From Oscillospiraceae bacterium (lineage in GTDB: Bacteria > Bacillota > Clostridia > Oscillospirales > Oscillospiraceae): a DNA stretch of 64,000 nucleotides. The stretch covers positions 22,500-86,499 of the forward strand of contig JAILFJ010000181.1 in the NCBI GenBank assembly GCA_024697625.1, given 5' to 3'. Of this stretch, positions 34,289-46,560 are shown one piece after another. A program made the translations under genes and the position numbers. Each line of letters opens with the position of its first letter. Positions within the stretch are counted from its first letter, which is position 1. Below the pieces are notes generated by a model that worked only from the letters and a program-made list of their open reading frames with translations, was not told where the DNA came from and ran no database searches.

Positions 34289-37200
34289 TTACTTCTTCAC
34301 GCTCAGGGTTAAGGTTACCGCCGTGGGCTTTCCGTCGGCCGCCATCCCGCTGGGGTATACATCCAGTGTAAGCTTGTAGCTCTTGCCTGCCTGCAGGACG
34401 CCGGGATTCTTAATCATAACTGCTGCAACTCCGTACGATGCCGGTACGCCTGTAATCAATTCATCCGTGGCCTCGTCGTATCCGGTAGCCCAGAGGATCT
34501 CCGCATCCTTGCCCAGCGCCTTCTGCAGAAGCTCAGGTGTCTTGCTGTTCAGCCGGACATCCTGAATTGCATACGGTTCTGCCACCTCCATAACTGCGCC
34601 GCAAAGCTGGTTTCCCGCTCCCTGAAATACTGTGACAAATTGTTGCCCCAGAGTGATTTTCAGCGTCCCCTGTTTTACCTTGATATTCAGCGTCTTGGTA
34701 AGGAACGGAGCATCGCGGTCTGCAACTGTGACAGCAAGCTGGATCTGATAGGTTTTCTTCACCGACAGCTGTTCCGGGTTCTTTACCATAAGGTAGGCCT
34801 GGTTGCTGTCTCCGGGATCGCCGTTGTAGTAGAGAGTGAAATGCTCTTCATCCGCGTTCTTTCCGCTCAGGCTGATCCCGGTGATCATGGGGTTCACAAG
34901 ATTCGGGATCTTTGTCACCTGACAGGTGATCACGCTGCCAGAGTTCAGCACGTCGATGGATCCGATTGTCTTCACAGTCGGGTTCACATTTTTTGTGGTG
35001 TTCACAACCTTGACCGTGAACGGCACAGTCTTCAGATCTGTCCTTTCGCCGTCTGCGACGAGAACCGGTGTCAGCGTATACTTGTAAGTTCCTGCCTTCA
35101 GGCCGCCCTCAGGAGAAGCACAGATCCTTCCGTGTACTCCGTCTTCTGATTCATACCAGACCTTCAGCCTGTCATATTCCTTATCGAACTTCACCTCGGC
35201 CAGCCGGTAGTTCCCGTCGCTCAGCGTCAGGGGCGCCACACTGGCTGCACCCGGGTAGGCCGCGTTCACTTGCACGCTGGCGGGGGCCACCTTCACGGTG
35301 GGGGCTTTCGTCGAGACATTCAGCTTCACCGAGAAGTCCATTGCCTCAGCCCAGAATACAAGCTGGATTCTGAACTTGACCGTGGTCGGTTTCGTGCCCT
35401 TCAGCTTCAGAAGGATTCCACCGTCAGAGACCGCAAGATCTGCTTCTCCGCTTAACAGGCTGACGTCTTCTTCATCCAGCTCCAGCGGTACGGTGTACGG
35501 CTGCCCGCTGTAAGGATCCTTGTCGGTCTGATTCACACGAACCATGACGGTCGTATCGTCACCCAGGGCGGTATTGATGTTAAAGCTGGTCGCAGAGGGC
35601 TTGACCGTCGGCTTCTTGTTCTCTGTCGCTACAGTGATCTGTTTTGTGATCTCATTCCTGAAGCCTTCTGCTTTTACCTTCAGGGTCCCCTTCGTGACGG
35701 GCTTTGCACCGGTTGAGTCAGCTTTTCGCTGAATATAGACGTCTCCGTATTCACCAAAAACCAGCAGAAGATCCTTTGTCTCGAATTCGGCGCTTTCGAT
35801 GGGGAATGATTCGGACCCGATGGCCGCCGTGATCTCCACGGGCACACCCTGTCTGTAGAAGGTATTGAGCTTGGTCGCCTGCTTTACGGTGATGGCGGGC
35901 ACAGCGTTTTTAACCGTGACGGTCAGCGGTGTCTCATAGATGCCAAAATCCGTTTCCCAGACCAGGGTCGTCTTATAGGTGCCGTTTTTCAGTTCCTGCT
36001 TTGCCTTGAGGCCTACGTAATTTTCTTCCCTGTCAATCTCCAGAGTGAAAGGATCTTTTTCATCCTTTATATGGATATCACTTACCAGGTTGTCATACGC
36101 TGCACCGGCATAGAGGTCAGTGCTTCTTTCATAGAGAGAATTCAGTGTAAGCTTATCGCTTTCCAGACGAGGGGCGTAGTCGCGGACATAAACCAGGACC
36201 GTGCCGCTGATCTTCTGAGACGTACCGGTGATGGTCGCAACGCCGTTTGCGCCGGCCTTCACCGTGACCGTCACACTGCCGTCCGCTTCAGCCTTTCCGA
36301 CTGCCGCGATCTTTGCGTCGTTGGAGCTGTACTTGATGCTGCTTTTGCTCACGGCGATCTCTTTGCCGTTCTCATCCTCAAACTGCGGACGGAGCTTGAA
36401 GGTATAGGCATCCTTTGCAACCCATGTGCAGTCAAGGCTGACCGCGTAGAACACGTCAGACACCAGCGTCTCTGTCTCTTCCGCATTGGCGTCTTTGAGC
36501 TCTACCCGGGGAAAATAATTATACACTCCGCTCTCTTCCACGGCTGCAGACGTGACAGCGCCTGTAATCGGGAGCAGCTTGAGGCGGGCTGCGGCATCCT
36601 CGCCCACCGCAGCCGCATACTCAAAGCTCGCCAGTCGGTAGTCTTCCGCCCACGGATAGCCCGTGACTGCCGGCAGCAGGCCATCCGCTTCCGTACCCGG
36701 GAGACGGACGACCGTGCCGATCGCCCACGTCTCTTCTATGGCCGCCATGCTGATGGCAACGTCCGGGACATTGAACGCGCAGTAGCCGAGCTGCAGGCCT
36801 TCTGCTGCCTTTGTAAAGTCAATTCTGCTCAGTTTCGGGCAGTTATAAAATGCAAATTCTCCAAGATCAACGCTGCCGGAAAACGCGAGACTGTGGAGGT
36901 TGTAATTCGTCGCAGCCGCGTAAGCCCGAACAGAAGCTGTCCCGGTCGGGATCGCGTAGCTGGTGTCGGTCTTTCCTCCGGGATAGAGGACGAGCTCAGA
37001 CAGGTCCGCCGTGAACAGGACGCCGTCCTTCACCGCAAAGACCGGGTTGCTGCCGGTCACAGTGATCGTACTCAGCCTGATGCAGCCGATAAAGGCACGT
37101 TCACCGATCTCCGTGACATCGGAGGTGAAGCTGACGGAGACGGCATTCGCAAGTTCCCTGAAAGCGCAGGAACCGATACGGGTCACTCCGGCCTCTATCA

Positions 37201-38356
37201 CAATGGCCCTGATCTCCCCGCTCTTCGCGTAGTACGTCGGCACGCTCTCCGGCGGATCAAAATCCCACATGGCGCCGGTGCCGGAGACGGTCAGGACACC
37301 GTTCTTCAGACTCCAGATGACGCTGTCGCCGCACTGCCCGCCGCTCCCGGGGTTTCTGGCCGGCGTGTACTCATACCATTCGTTGCTGCGCCCGCCCAGT
37401 TTCTTTTCATAGAGGCTGAGATTCAGGCCCTTCAGATGGCTGTCCGGCGCATCGGTATCTGTAACCGTAATGCTTCCGTTTAGATTAAATGTCCCGTTGT
37501 TGACAAAATCCGCGCAGATGCAGGTCGGGTCTGTGGGATTTGGCCTTCTCAGGGCAAGCAGACCGTTCACGTTAAAGACGCTGTTGTTGATTACAGTCGA
37601 GGTCTGTCCTGACGTCCAGGAAGACGTCTGGATCTCAAGCTGCGCTCCGACGGGCGGGTCGGCCAGGATGGTCAGCGGGGCATCGATGGTGATCGTCTCG
37701 ACCCCGACAAAATTAATCATCACGCCGGCCGGAACCTCCAACGGTTCATTAAACGAGAAGGAGCTTCCGGGCATATAGCGGAATTCCTCATTTCCGTTGG
37801 GATCATAGTACGCCGGTTGAACGGTGTTGGGGGTCTGCTCGGCGCAGATCTGCTTCAGTTCCGCCATTGTGGCGAAATACTTCGGGTCTTTCATTGTTGG
37901 TGCCGCCGCACTGACCTCGTCCTCATCCTCAAGGGATTCCTCCAGGTCCTCTTCATGCTCGTCCTCGTCCGGGACTTCTGCGTCTTCTCCGGATTCTTCA
38001 GCCTGGTCCTCGGGGTCCTCTTCCGAGGGCTCCTCAGTCTGGGCGTCCTCATCGGTTCCTTCCGCCGGGTCTTCAGGGGGTTCTTCCGTCGGAGCTGCCT
38101 CTTCCTCCTGCGCCTCCGGAGCAGCGGGAACTTCTTCCTCGGGTGCTTCCGGAGCTTCGTCGGAGTAATCCTCCGGAGCTTCCTCTGTGAAGGGTTCCTC
38201 TTCATCGAACACGTCCTCCGGCTCTGTGCCCGGTACCTCATCCGCAGCCAAAACCTCATCCGCGCCGTCATCGGCAACGGCCCAGGTCGGCAGCAGCGAA
38301 AAGCACATCACAAAGCAGAGCAACAGGCACAGCCATTTTTTACCTTGTCTTATCAT
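34289..38356 (-). CDS. Large secreted BspA-type LRR / Ig-like repeat protein related to TG-1/TG-2 (no recognisable catalytic core)
   Basis: 1355 aa. AGGAGGA lies 7 nt before ATG 38356. Signal peptide MIRQGKKWLCLLLCFVMCFSLLPTWAVA, then an acidic E/P/D spacer. A module FSFNEPLEVPAGVMINF... resembles FEFTEDVVIPENLMVWF... of TG-2. One LRR block follows CGDSVIWSLKNGVLTVSGTGAMWDF. A long beta-sandwich array ends ...AVTLTLSVKK. Confidence 0.88.
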   Translation of the reverse strand: MIRQGKKWLCLLLCFVMCFSLLPTWAVADDGADEVLAADEVPGTEPEDVFDEEEPFTEEAPEDYSDEAPEAPEEEVPAAPEAQEEEAAPTEEPPEDPAEGTDEDAQTEEPSEEDPEDQAEESGEDAEVPDEDEHEEDLEESLEDEDEVSAAAPTMKDPKYFATMAELKQICAEQTPNTVQPAYYDPNGNEEFRYMPGSSFSFNEPLEVPAGVMINFVGVETITIDAPLTILADPPVGAQLEIQTSSWTSGQTSTVINNSVFNVNGLLALRRPNPTDPTCICADFVNNGTFNLNGSITVTDTDAPDSHLKGLNLSLYEKKLGGRSNEWYEYTPARNPGSGGQCGDSVIWSLKNGVLTVSGTGAMWDFDPPESVPTYYAKSGEIRAIVIEAGVTRIGSCAFRELANAVSVSFTSDVTEIGERAFIGCIRLSTITVTGSNPVFAVKDGVLFTADLSELVLYPGGKTDTSYAIPTGTASVRAYAAATNYNLHSLAFSGSVDLGEFAFYNCPKLSRIDFTKAAEGLQLGYCAFNVPDVAISMAAIEETWAIGTVVRLPGTEADGLLPAVTGYPWAEDYRLASFEYAAAVGEDAAARLKLLPITGAVTSAAVEESGVYNYFPRVELKDANAEETETLVSDVFYAVSLDCTWVAKDAYTFKLRPQFEDENGKEIAVSKSSIKYSSNDAKIAAVGKAEADGSVTVTVKAGANGVATITGTSQKISGTVLVYVRDYAPRLESDKLTLNSLYERSTDLYAGAAYDNLVSDIHIKDEKDPFTLEIDREENYVGLKAKQELKNGTYKTTLVWETDFGIYETPLTVTVKNAVPAITVKQATKLNTFYRQGVPVEITAAIGSESFPIESAEFETKDLLLVFGEYGDVYIQRKADSTGAKPVTKGTLKVKAEGFRNEITKQITVATENKKPTVKPSATSFNINTALGDDTTVMVRVNQTDKDPYSGQPYTVPLELDEEDVSLLSGEADLAVSDGGILLKLKGTKPTTVKFRIQLVFWAEAMDFSVKLNVSTKAPTVKVAPASVQVNAAYPGAASVAPLTLSDGNYRLAEVKFDKEYDRLKVWYESEDGVHGRICASPEGGLKAGTYKYTLTPVLVADGERTDLKTVPFTVKVVNTTKNVNPTVKTIGSIDVLNSGSVITCQVTKIPNLVNPMITGISLSGKNADEEHFTLYYNGDPGDSNQAYLMVKNPEQLSVKKTYQIQLAVTVADRDAPFLTKTLNIKVKQGTLKITLGQQFVTVFQGAGNQLCGAVMEVAEPYAIQDVRLNSKTPELLQKALGKDAEILWATGYDEATDELITGVPASYGVAAVMIKNPGVLQAGKSYKLTLDVYPSGMAADGKPTAVTLTLSVKK

Positions 38357-38411
38357 TCTTTTTTCCTCCTGTGTATTCGTTTCCGGTTTTTTTTCGCACG
38401 ATATGGGATGT

Positions 38412-38439
38412 ATTATACAATATTCTTCCCGGTATTCAA
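38412..38439 (-). promoter_or_regulatory. Candidate promoter of the LRR protein gene
   Basis: Minus strand: TTGAAT (38439-38434), 16 nt, TATAAT (38417-38412). Confidence 0.45.
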
Positions 38440-38620
38440 GTTATTTCCGTCTTTTGAATTGTTTTTCGGTAAAACAGCACAGAACCGATCTGGAGTTTTA
38501 TTATATTTTGCTGAATCGTTCGGTGCAGAGCTGCAGCCCTGTGAATGGCAAGACCGGACGGGCAGGGTTTCTGCTCCATCCGGCTACTTTTCTGGTGCGT
38601 TCGGCGAGTACACCAGATGA

Positions 38621-38656
38621 CACAGCAGGGTTCCTGTTTTCAGGAACCCTGCTGTG
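38621..38656 (-). terminator. Perfect 16-bp hairpin downstream of nifJ
   Basis: cacagcagggttcctg (38621-38636), loop tttt, then caggaaccctgctgtg (38641-38656). It lies 40 nt after the PFOR stop. The U-tract is poor. Confidence 0.55.
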
Positions 38657-38695
38657 CTATGTTTACTTTCGCCGTTATGTTTCTGTATTCTGCAC

Positions 38696-42214
<3,519 letters not shown>

Positions 42215-42284
42215 TTTACAGGACTCCCTTCAAAACAGTGTTTTATTAAGAGTTGATTTATTTCACCGCAAGGCGGCTGATTGC

Positions 42285-42515
42285 TTACATTATCTCCTGA
42301 AGAAGATCAAAGAAGGCCATGTCGCTCTGTTTGACCCGGATCCCGCAGTTCTTGCTCTCACCGTCCGGATAGTGGACAAGGATCTCGAACTGCACGTCCT
42401 CTTTGATCCCCTTCCGAAACACGTCGTTCATAAAGGGCAGCACGTTCGGGTGGTTTTCCCGGAAGCCGTGCCAGGCGCCCTTTGCCTTCATCAGGGTCTG
42501 AATTCCGATTTTCAT
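42285..42515 (-). CDS. Small hypothetical protein (76 aa) at the tail of the kinase operon
   Basis: AAGGAG lies 8 nt before ATG 42515 (MKIGIQTLMKAKGAWHGFRENHPNVLPFMNDVFRKG...). No motif recognised. The longer track ORF (to 42635) lacks an RBS. Confidence 0.55.
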   Translation of the reverse strand: MKIGIQTLMKAKGAWHGFRENHPNVLPFMNDVFRKGIKEDVQFEILVHYPDGESKNCGIRVKQSDMAFFDLLQEIM

Positions 42516-42663
42516 ACGTTTTTTCTCCTTTATTCCTTTGATTGTATCGGTACTTTTTATGCTCCTGTCTCTCTGTCTCTTCCGGAAACTTTCGCTGCTG
42601 AAAAGCTCTTCTTCTCTGATCTCTGTTCCGCTCACTTCTCACTACCGGGCAGAATCCCGGCAT

Positions 42664-45600
42664 TCATTCCGGATAGAATTCCAGAATCTCGTCCTCCTGC
42701 AGCGCCGACTCCGCCGATCCGTTCTCATCTCCCTGATGATCCGCTGCTCCCTGCGCCGGCGGCTTTCCGTCTCCGCAGTTCTCCAGGATCACCTGCGATA
42801 TCGCGGCGTAGTCCGCAAGCAGCTTCTCATGCCCGGCCTCAATGTCCTGCACCCGGCCGTCGTCTGCCGCAGCTTCCAGATCGGCCGCCCGGTCAGCGAG
42901 CGCCGCCGCGCCGATCATTCGTGACGAGCTCTTGATGGCGTGAGCCAGGACCGAATAGTTCTTCCAGTCCCGCACCTCGTAGAAGCGCATGATCTCGCCG
43001 GCCTTTTCCTGCGCGCTCCCGGCGTATTCCTCCAGCAGCGAGAGATACAGGTCCCGGTCTCCCTGGCAGTAGCCCAGCCCGGTCTCCGGGTCGATCCCCG
43101 CCCTTCGCAGCGGCGCATACCCGTCTTCGGTCTCTGACGGGGTCGATCCATTATCCCCCGTCTCTCCATCTCTGACCACGGTCAGCTTTTCGGCCGGCAG
43201 ATACCGCAGCAGCATCTGTTCCAGCGCACGGCTGTCGATGGGCTTGGTCAGATAATTCGTAAAGCCCTCCGCGATATAGCGCTCCTTCGCTCCGATGACA
43301 GCGTCGGCGGTCAGGCAGATCACCGGGGTCTCTCTGTTTGCTCCGCCGGTCTGTTCCCGGATGTGGTGCAGCGCCTCCGATCCGTCCATCTTCGGCATGC
43401 GCTGGTCCATCAGGATGACGTCATAGGCGTTGTCCTTCGCGAGCGCGATGGCCTCCTCTCCGCCGGAGGCCGTGTCGATCCGAACAAGCGTATCCCGGAG
43501 CAGGCCGACGGCAACGGTCAGGTTCATCTTCGTGTCGTCTACGATCAGAATGCGCGCCTCCGGGGCCCGGAAGCTCTCGCGATAGGCCTCGGCCTCCTGC
43601 AGGTTCTTCCGGAACCGCGTGCGGAAATCCCCGACCGGCTCGACGGCGGCGATCTTCTGCGGAATCGTAACCGTGAAGACCGAGCCCTTGCCGTACTCAC
43701 TCTGCACCTCGATGCTGCCGCCCATCATCTCCAGCAGGCTGTGGGTGATGGCCAGCCCCAGACCGGTGCCCTCCACGGTGCTGTTTTGCTTCAGATCCAG
43801 TCTCTGGAATTTGTTGAACAGCTTGTCCATGTCTTCCTGGCGGATCCCGATGCCGGTATCCCGGACCGCCGCCTTCAGCACAATCGTCTGACCCGGCGCC
43901 ATCGGAGCTTCTCCCAGCAGTTCGCCGCTGACGGTCAGATGGACCGAACCCCGTACCGTGTACTTCACGGCGTTGTTGAGCACGTTGGTGATCACCTGGC
44001 GCACGCGGACCTCATCGCCGCACAGCCCGTCGGGCATCGTCTCATCCACATCGACGCTGAACTCCAGGTTCTTTTCCTTTGCCTTGAACCAGATCATGTT
44101 GCTCAGGTCGTTGAGTACCGAGCTGAGCTGATACTTCCCCTCTACGATGTCCATCCTCCCCGACTCGATCCTGGAGAGATCCAGAATGTCGTTGATGATG
44201 GCCAGCAGGTTGCTTCCGGCGCTCTCGATGTTCCTTGCACAGGAGGAGATACTGTCAAAGGCGTTCCTGACGGCGTTGGCATCACGGGCTTCCCTCTTCT
44301 GTGCACCGATGCTCTCGCGCAGGATCATCTCGTTCATGCCCAGCACGGCATTGATGGGGGTGCGGATCTCGTGGGACATGTCTGCCAGAAAGTCGCTTTT
44401 CGCCTGGTTTGCCCGGTCTGCGGCTTCCTTCTCCAGCTTCAGGACCTTTGCCTCATAGCTTTGCTTCTGTTCCTCCGCCCGCATCTCTTCGATGCGCCGG
44501 GAGTAGCGCTGTTCGTTCCTGCGGCCGAGCACATAGAAGAAGAGGATCAGCACAAAAATAAGGGTACAGATCAGGACATTGACCGCAAGCTGCTGCCGCA
44601 CCTCTGCGAGCAGCTCCCGGTTGCTCATGACGATGACCACATACCACTGGTCCATGATCTCCCGCACAAACACCGTCTGCTCTTCCCGGTCGGTCGTGAT
44701 CTCGAAGATCCCGTTCTTTGTTTCCAGGATGCCGTCCAGCAGCGCGAGCTGCTCTTCATCCCCGGTCAGATAGTGGCCCTTCTGCGCCTCCTCCTGATGG
44801 GCGATGATCATGCCGTCCCGGCTGACGACGAATCCGTAGCCTTTTCCTTTGATCTGCAGGTCGGAGACGATCTCCTGAATGTGGTCCATCATCAGGTCGA
44901 TGGAGAGCACATCGGTACCGTTGGAGAGCATGCGGCAGATCGAGATGATAACGCTGTCCGTCTGCGCGTCAACATACGGCAAAACAATGGCGATCTCGCC
45001 TTCCGCTTCGAGGGCCGTCATATACCAGTCTCTTCGGGTGGGGTCATAGTTCTCCGGGGGCACCCAGGCCAGACCGTCGAGATATTCGCCCATGACGTAG
45101 CCGTACAGGCCTGTGATGTTCACATCGAAGTACTGCTTCTGGTTTTCCGTCTCCTCCGTGATATAGTCCAGAATATCCTGGGGGGATGCTCCGCTGTGAG
45201 TCATGTGATCGACGCTGTCTGCCGTAACCCAGAGTGCGCTTTTCATCGTCCCCAGATAGTTTTCAAGCTGCGCGGCGCCGGCGGCGATTCTGTCTCCGCC
45301 CACCTCCTGAATATTGGTCACCGCCACGCTGTTGATCACGCGCGAGGTATAGAGCACCATACAGATCATCAGGAACAGGATGATCAGGATCGGTACCCGC
45401 AGGTTGATCCGCCCCGCATGTTCCATCAGGAGCTCTGCCGAAGATGCCGATGCACCCTCCTCTGAAGCTGCCGAAAGCGGATTTCGCTCTGTTTCATCCG
45501 ATGCATCCTGTCCCCGGTTCTCCAGATGCCTTACCTTTTCCTCATACTCCTGTCGCTGCAGCTTCAGCTTATCCAGCACATAGGCCAGAAAAACCGCCAT

Positions 45601-46560
45601 GCCTCCTCCGACCACGGCCGCAACCGCAGCCGCAATCACAAAGCCGCGCACCATCGGATTCAGACTGCTCATCAGCACGTCCCTGCTGATGGCAATGCCG
45701 ACATACCATCCTGTGTTCGTCATCTGCGAGACGGCAATACCGCGGGTGACGCCGTCATAGTCCTTCAGATAGACCGTCTCGTTTGAGCCTGAGCGGATCT
45801 TCGAGACCACCTCGTCATACGGTGCGCCCGGGATCTCCATCACGCCGTAGGGAACATCGTCAAAGGAGTAGGCTTCGTTGGGATGCACAATCATCCCCAG
45901 ATTCTGATCCACCAGGAAGGCATAGCTGTCCTCCGCGACGTCGGCCTCGCTGATGATGTCAACCAGTACATCCACAAAGATGTCCGCGGCGAGCACACCC
46001 TGCAGGACATTGTTCCTGTAAACCGCCTTCGAGATCGTGATGATCGGTTTTCCGGAATCCGAGTCCCGATAGGGGGTGGAATAGAACAGCTCCCCCGTCC
46101 CGGCCGCCGCAGTGAACCATTCCCGGTCATGTGCATAATCGACCGTCCCGTCCACCATAAAGTCGGAGGCACAGGCCATGCGGTTGTCCGGATAGGTAAA
46201 GTAGATGTCGAAGATATTGCCGTCCCGGTTCAGCATGCGGCAGTTCTCGGCAAGATAGCTGTGAAACGTCTCGTAGTCTTCGTCGTAGATCCCGCCGGTC
46301 GTAATCTCCGTCGCCAGGGTGTCAATGATCGTGGCGTTGGTATTGATCCAGGCGGTCAGCTCCTGCGCGTACCGGTCCGCCGTGACGCTGAGGTTGGTCT
46401 CGAGCTGCTCGGTCATGCTGCGGTTTGCCCGCTGATAACCGATCGTCATGAGCAGCCCGACGCTTACCAGCATCACAAGGACAACCATGGCTGTCGTCTT
46501 TACACGGTCGTTTTTTCCGGTTTCTCCGACCGGTTTTCTCTCCAGGTATGCCCCTCTCAT
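42664..46560 (-). CDS. Hybrid sensor histidine kinase (Cache-like sensor, HisKA, HATPase_c, REC, Hpt)
   Basis: 1298 aa. N-terminal TM helix plus extracytoplasmic Cache-like segments, H-box SHEIRTPINAVLGMNEM, G-boxes DTGIGI and GTGLGLAI, receiver ILIVDDTKMN...LMDQRMPKMDG, Hpt HAIKSSSRMIGA. The start overlaps the upstream stop (ATGA at 46557-46560). Confidence 0.9.
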   Translation of the reverse strand: MRGAYLERKPVGETGKNDRVKTTAMVVLVMLVSVGLLMTIGYQRANRSMTEQLETNLSVTADRYAQELTAWINTNATIIDTLATEITTGGIYDEDYETFHSYLAENCRMLNRDGNIFDIYFTYPDNRMACASDFMVDGTVDYAHDREWFTAAAGTGELFYSTPYRDSDSGKPIITISKAVYRNNVLQGVLAADIFVDVLVDIISEADVAEDSYAFLVDQNLGMIVHPNEAYSFDDVPYGVMEIPGAPYDEVVSKIRSGSNETVYLKDYDGVTRGIAVSQMTNTGWYVGIAISRDVLMSSLNPMVRGFVIAAAVAAVVGGGMAVFLAYVLDKLKLQRQEYEEKVRHLENRGQDASDETERNPLSAASEEGASASSAELLMEHAGRINLRVPILIILFLMICMVLYTSRVINSVAVTNIQEVGGDRIAAGAAQLENYLGTMKSALWVTADSVDHMTHSGASPQDILDYITEETENQKQYFDVNITGLYGYVMGEYLDGLAWVPPENYDPTRRDWYMTALEAEGEIAIVLPYVDAQTDSVIISICRMLSNGTDVLSIDLMMDHIQEIVSDLQIKGKGYGFVVSRDGMIIAHQEEAQKGHYLTGDEEQLALLDGILETKNGIFEITTDREEQTVFVREIMDQWYVVIVMSNRELLAEVRQQLAVNVLICTLIFVLILFFYVLGRRNEQRYSRRIEEMRAEEQKQSYEAKVLKLEKEAADRANQAKSDFLADMSHEIRTPINAVLGMNEMILRESIGAQKREARDANAVRNAFDSISSCARNIESAGSNLLAIINDILDLSRIESGRMDIVEGKYQLSSVLNDLSNMIWFKAKEKNLEFSVDVDETMPDGLCGDEVRVRQVITNVLNNAVKYTVRGSVHLTVSGELLGEAPMAPGQTIVLKAAVRDTGIGIRQEDMDKLFNKFQRLDLKQNSTVEGTGLGLAITHSLLEMMGGSIEVQSEYGKGSVFTVTIPQKIAAVEPVGDFRTRFRKNLQEAEAYRESFRAPEARILIVDDTKMNLTVAVGLLRDTLVRIDTASGGEEAIALAKDNAYDVILMDQRMPKMDGSEALHHIREQTGGANRETPVICLTADAVIGAKERYIAEGFTNYLTKPIDSRALEQMLLRYLPAEKLTVVRDGETGDNGSTPSETEDGYAPLRRAGIDPETGLGYCQGDRDLYLSLLEEYAGSAQEKAGEIMRFYEVRDWKNYSVLAHAIKSSSRMIGAAALADRAADLEAAADDGRVQDIEAGHEKLLADYAAISQVILENCGDGKPPAQGAADHQGDENGSAESALQEDEILEFYPE

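Noticed and set aside
1-38356. The giant-gene region as a prophage, ICE or transposon-borne island.
   Set aside because: No integrase, transposase, tRNA or terminal repeats were seen. The composition looks like the flanking core genes, and housekeeping genes are interleaved.
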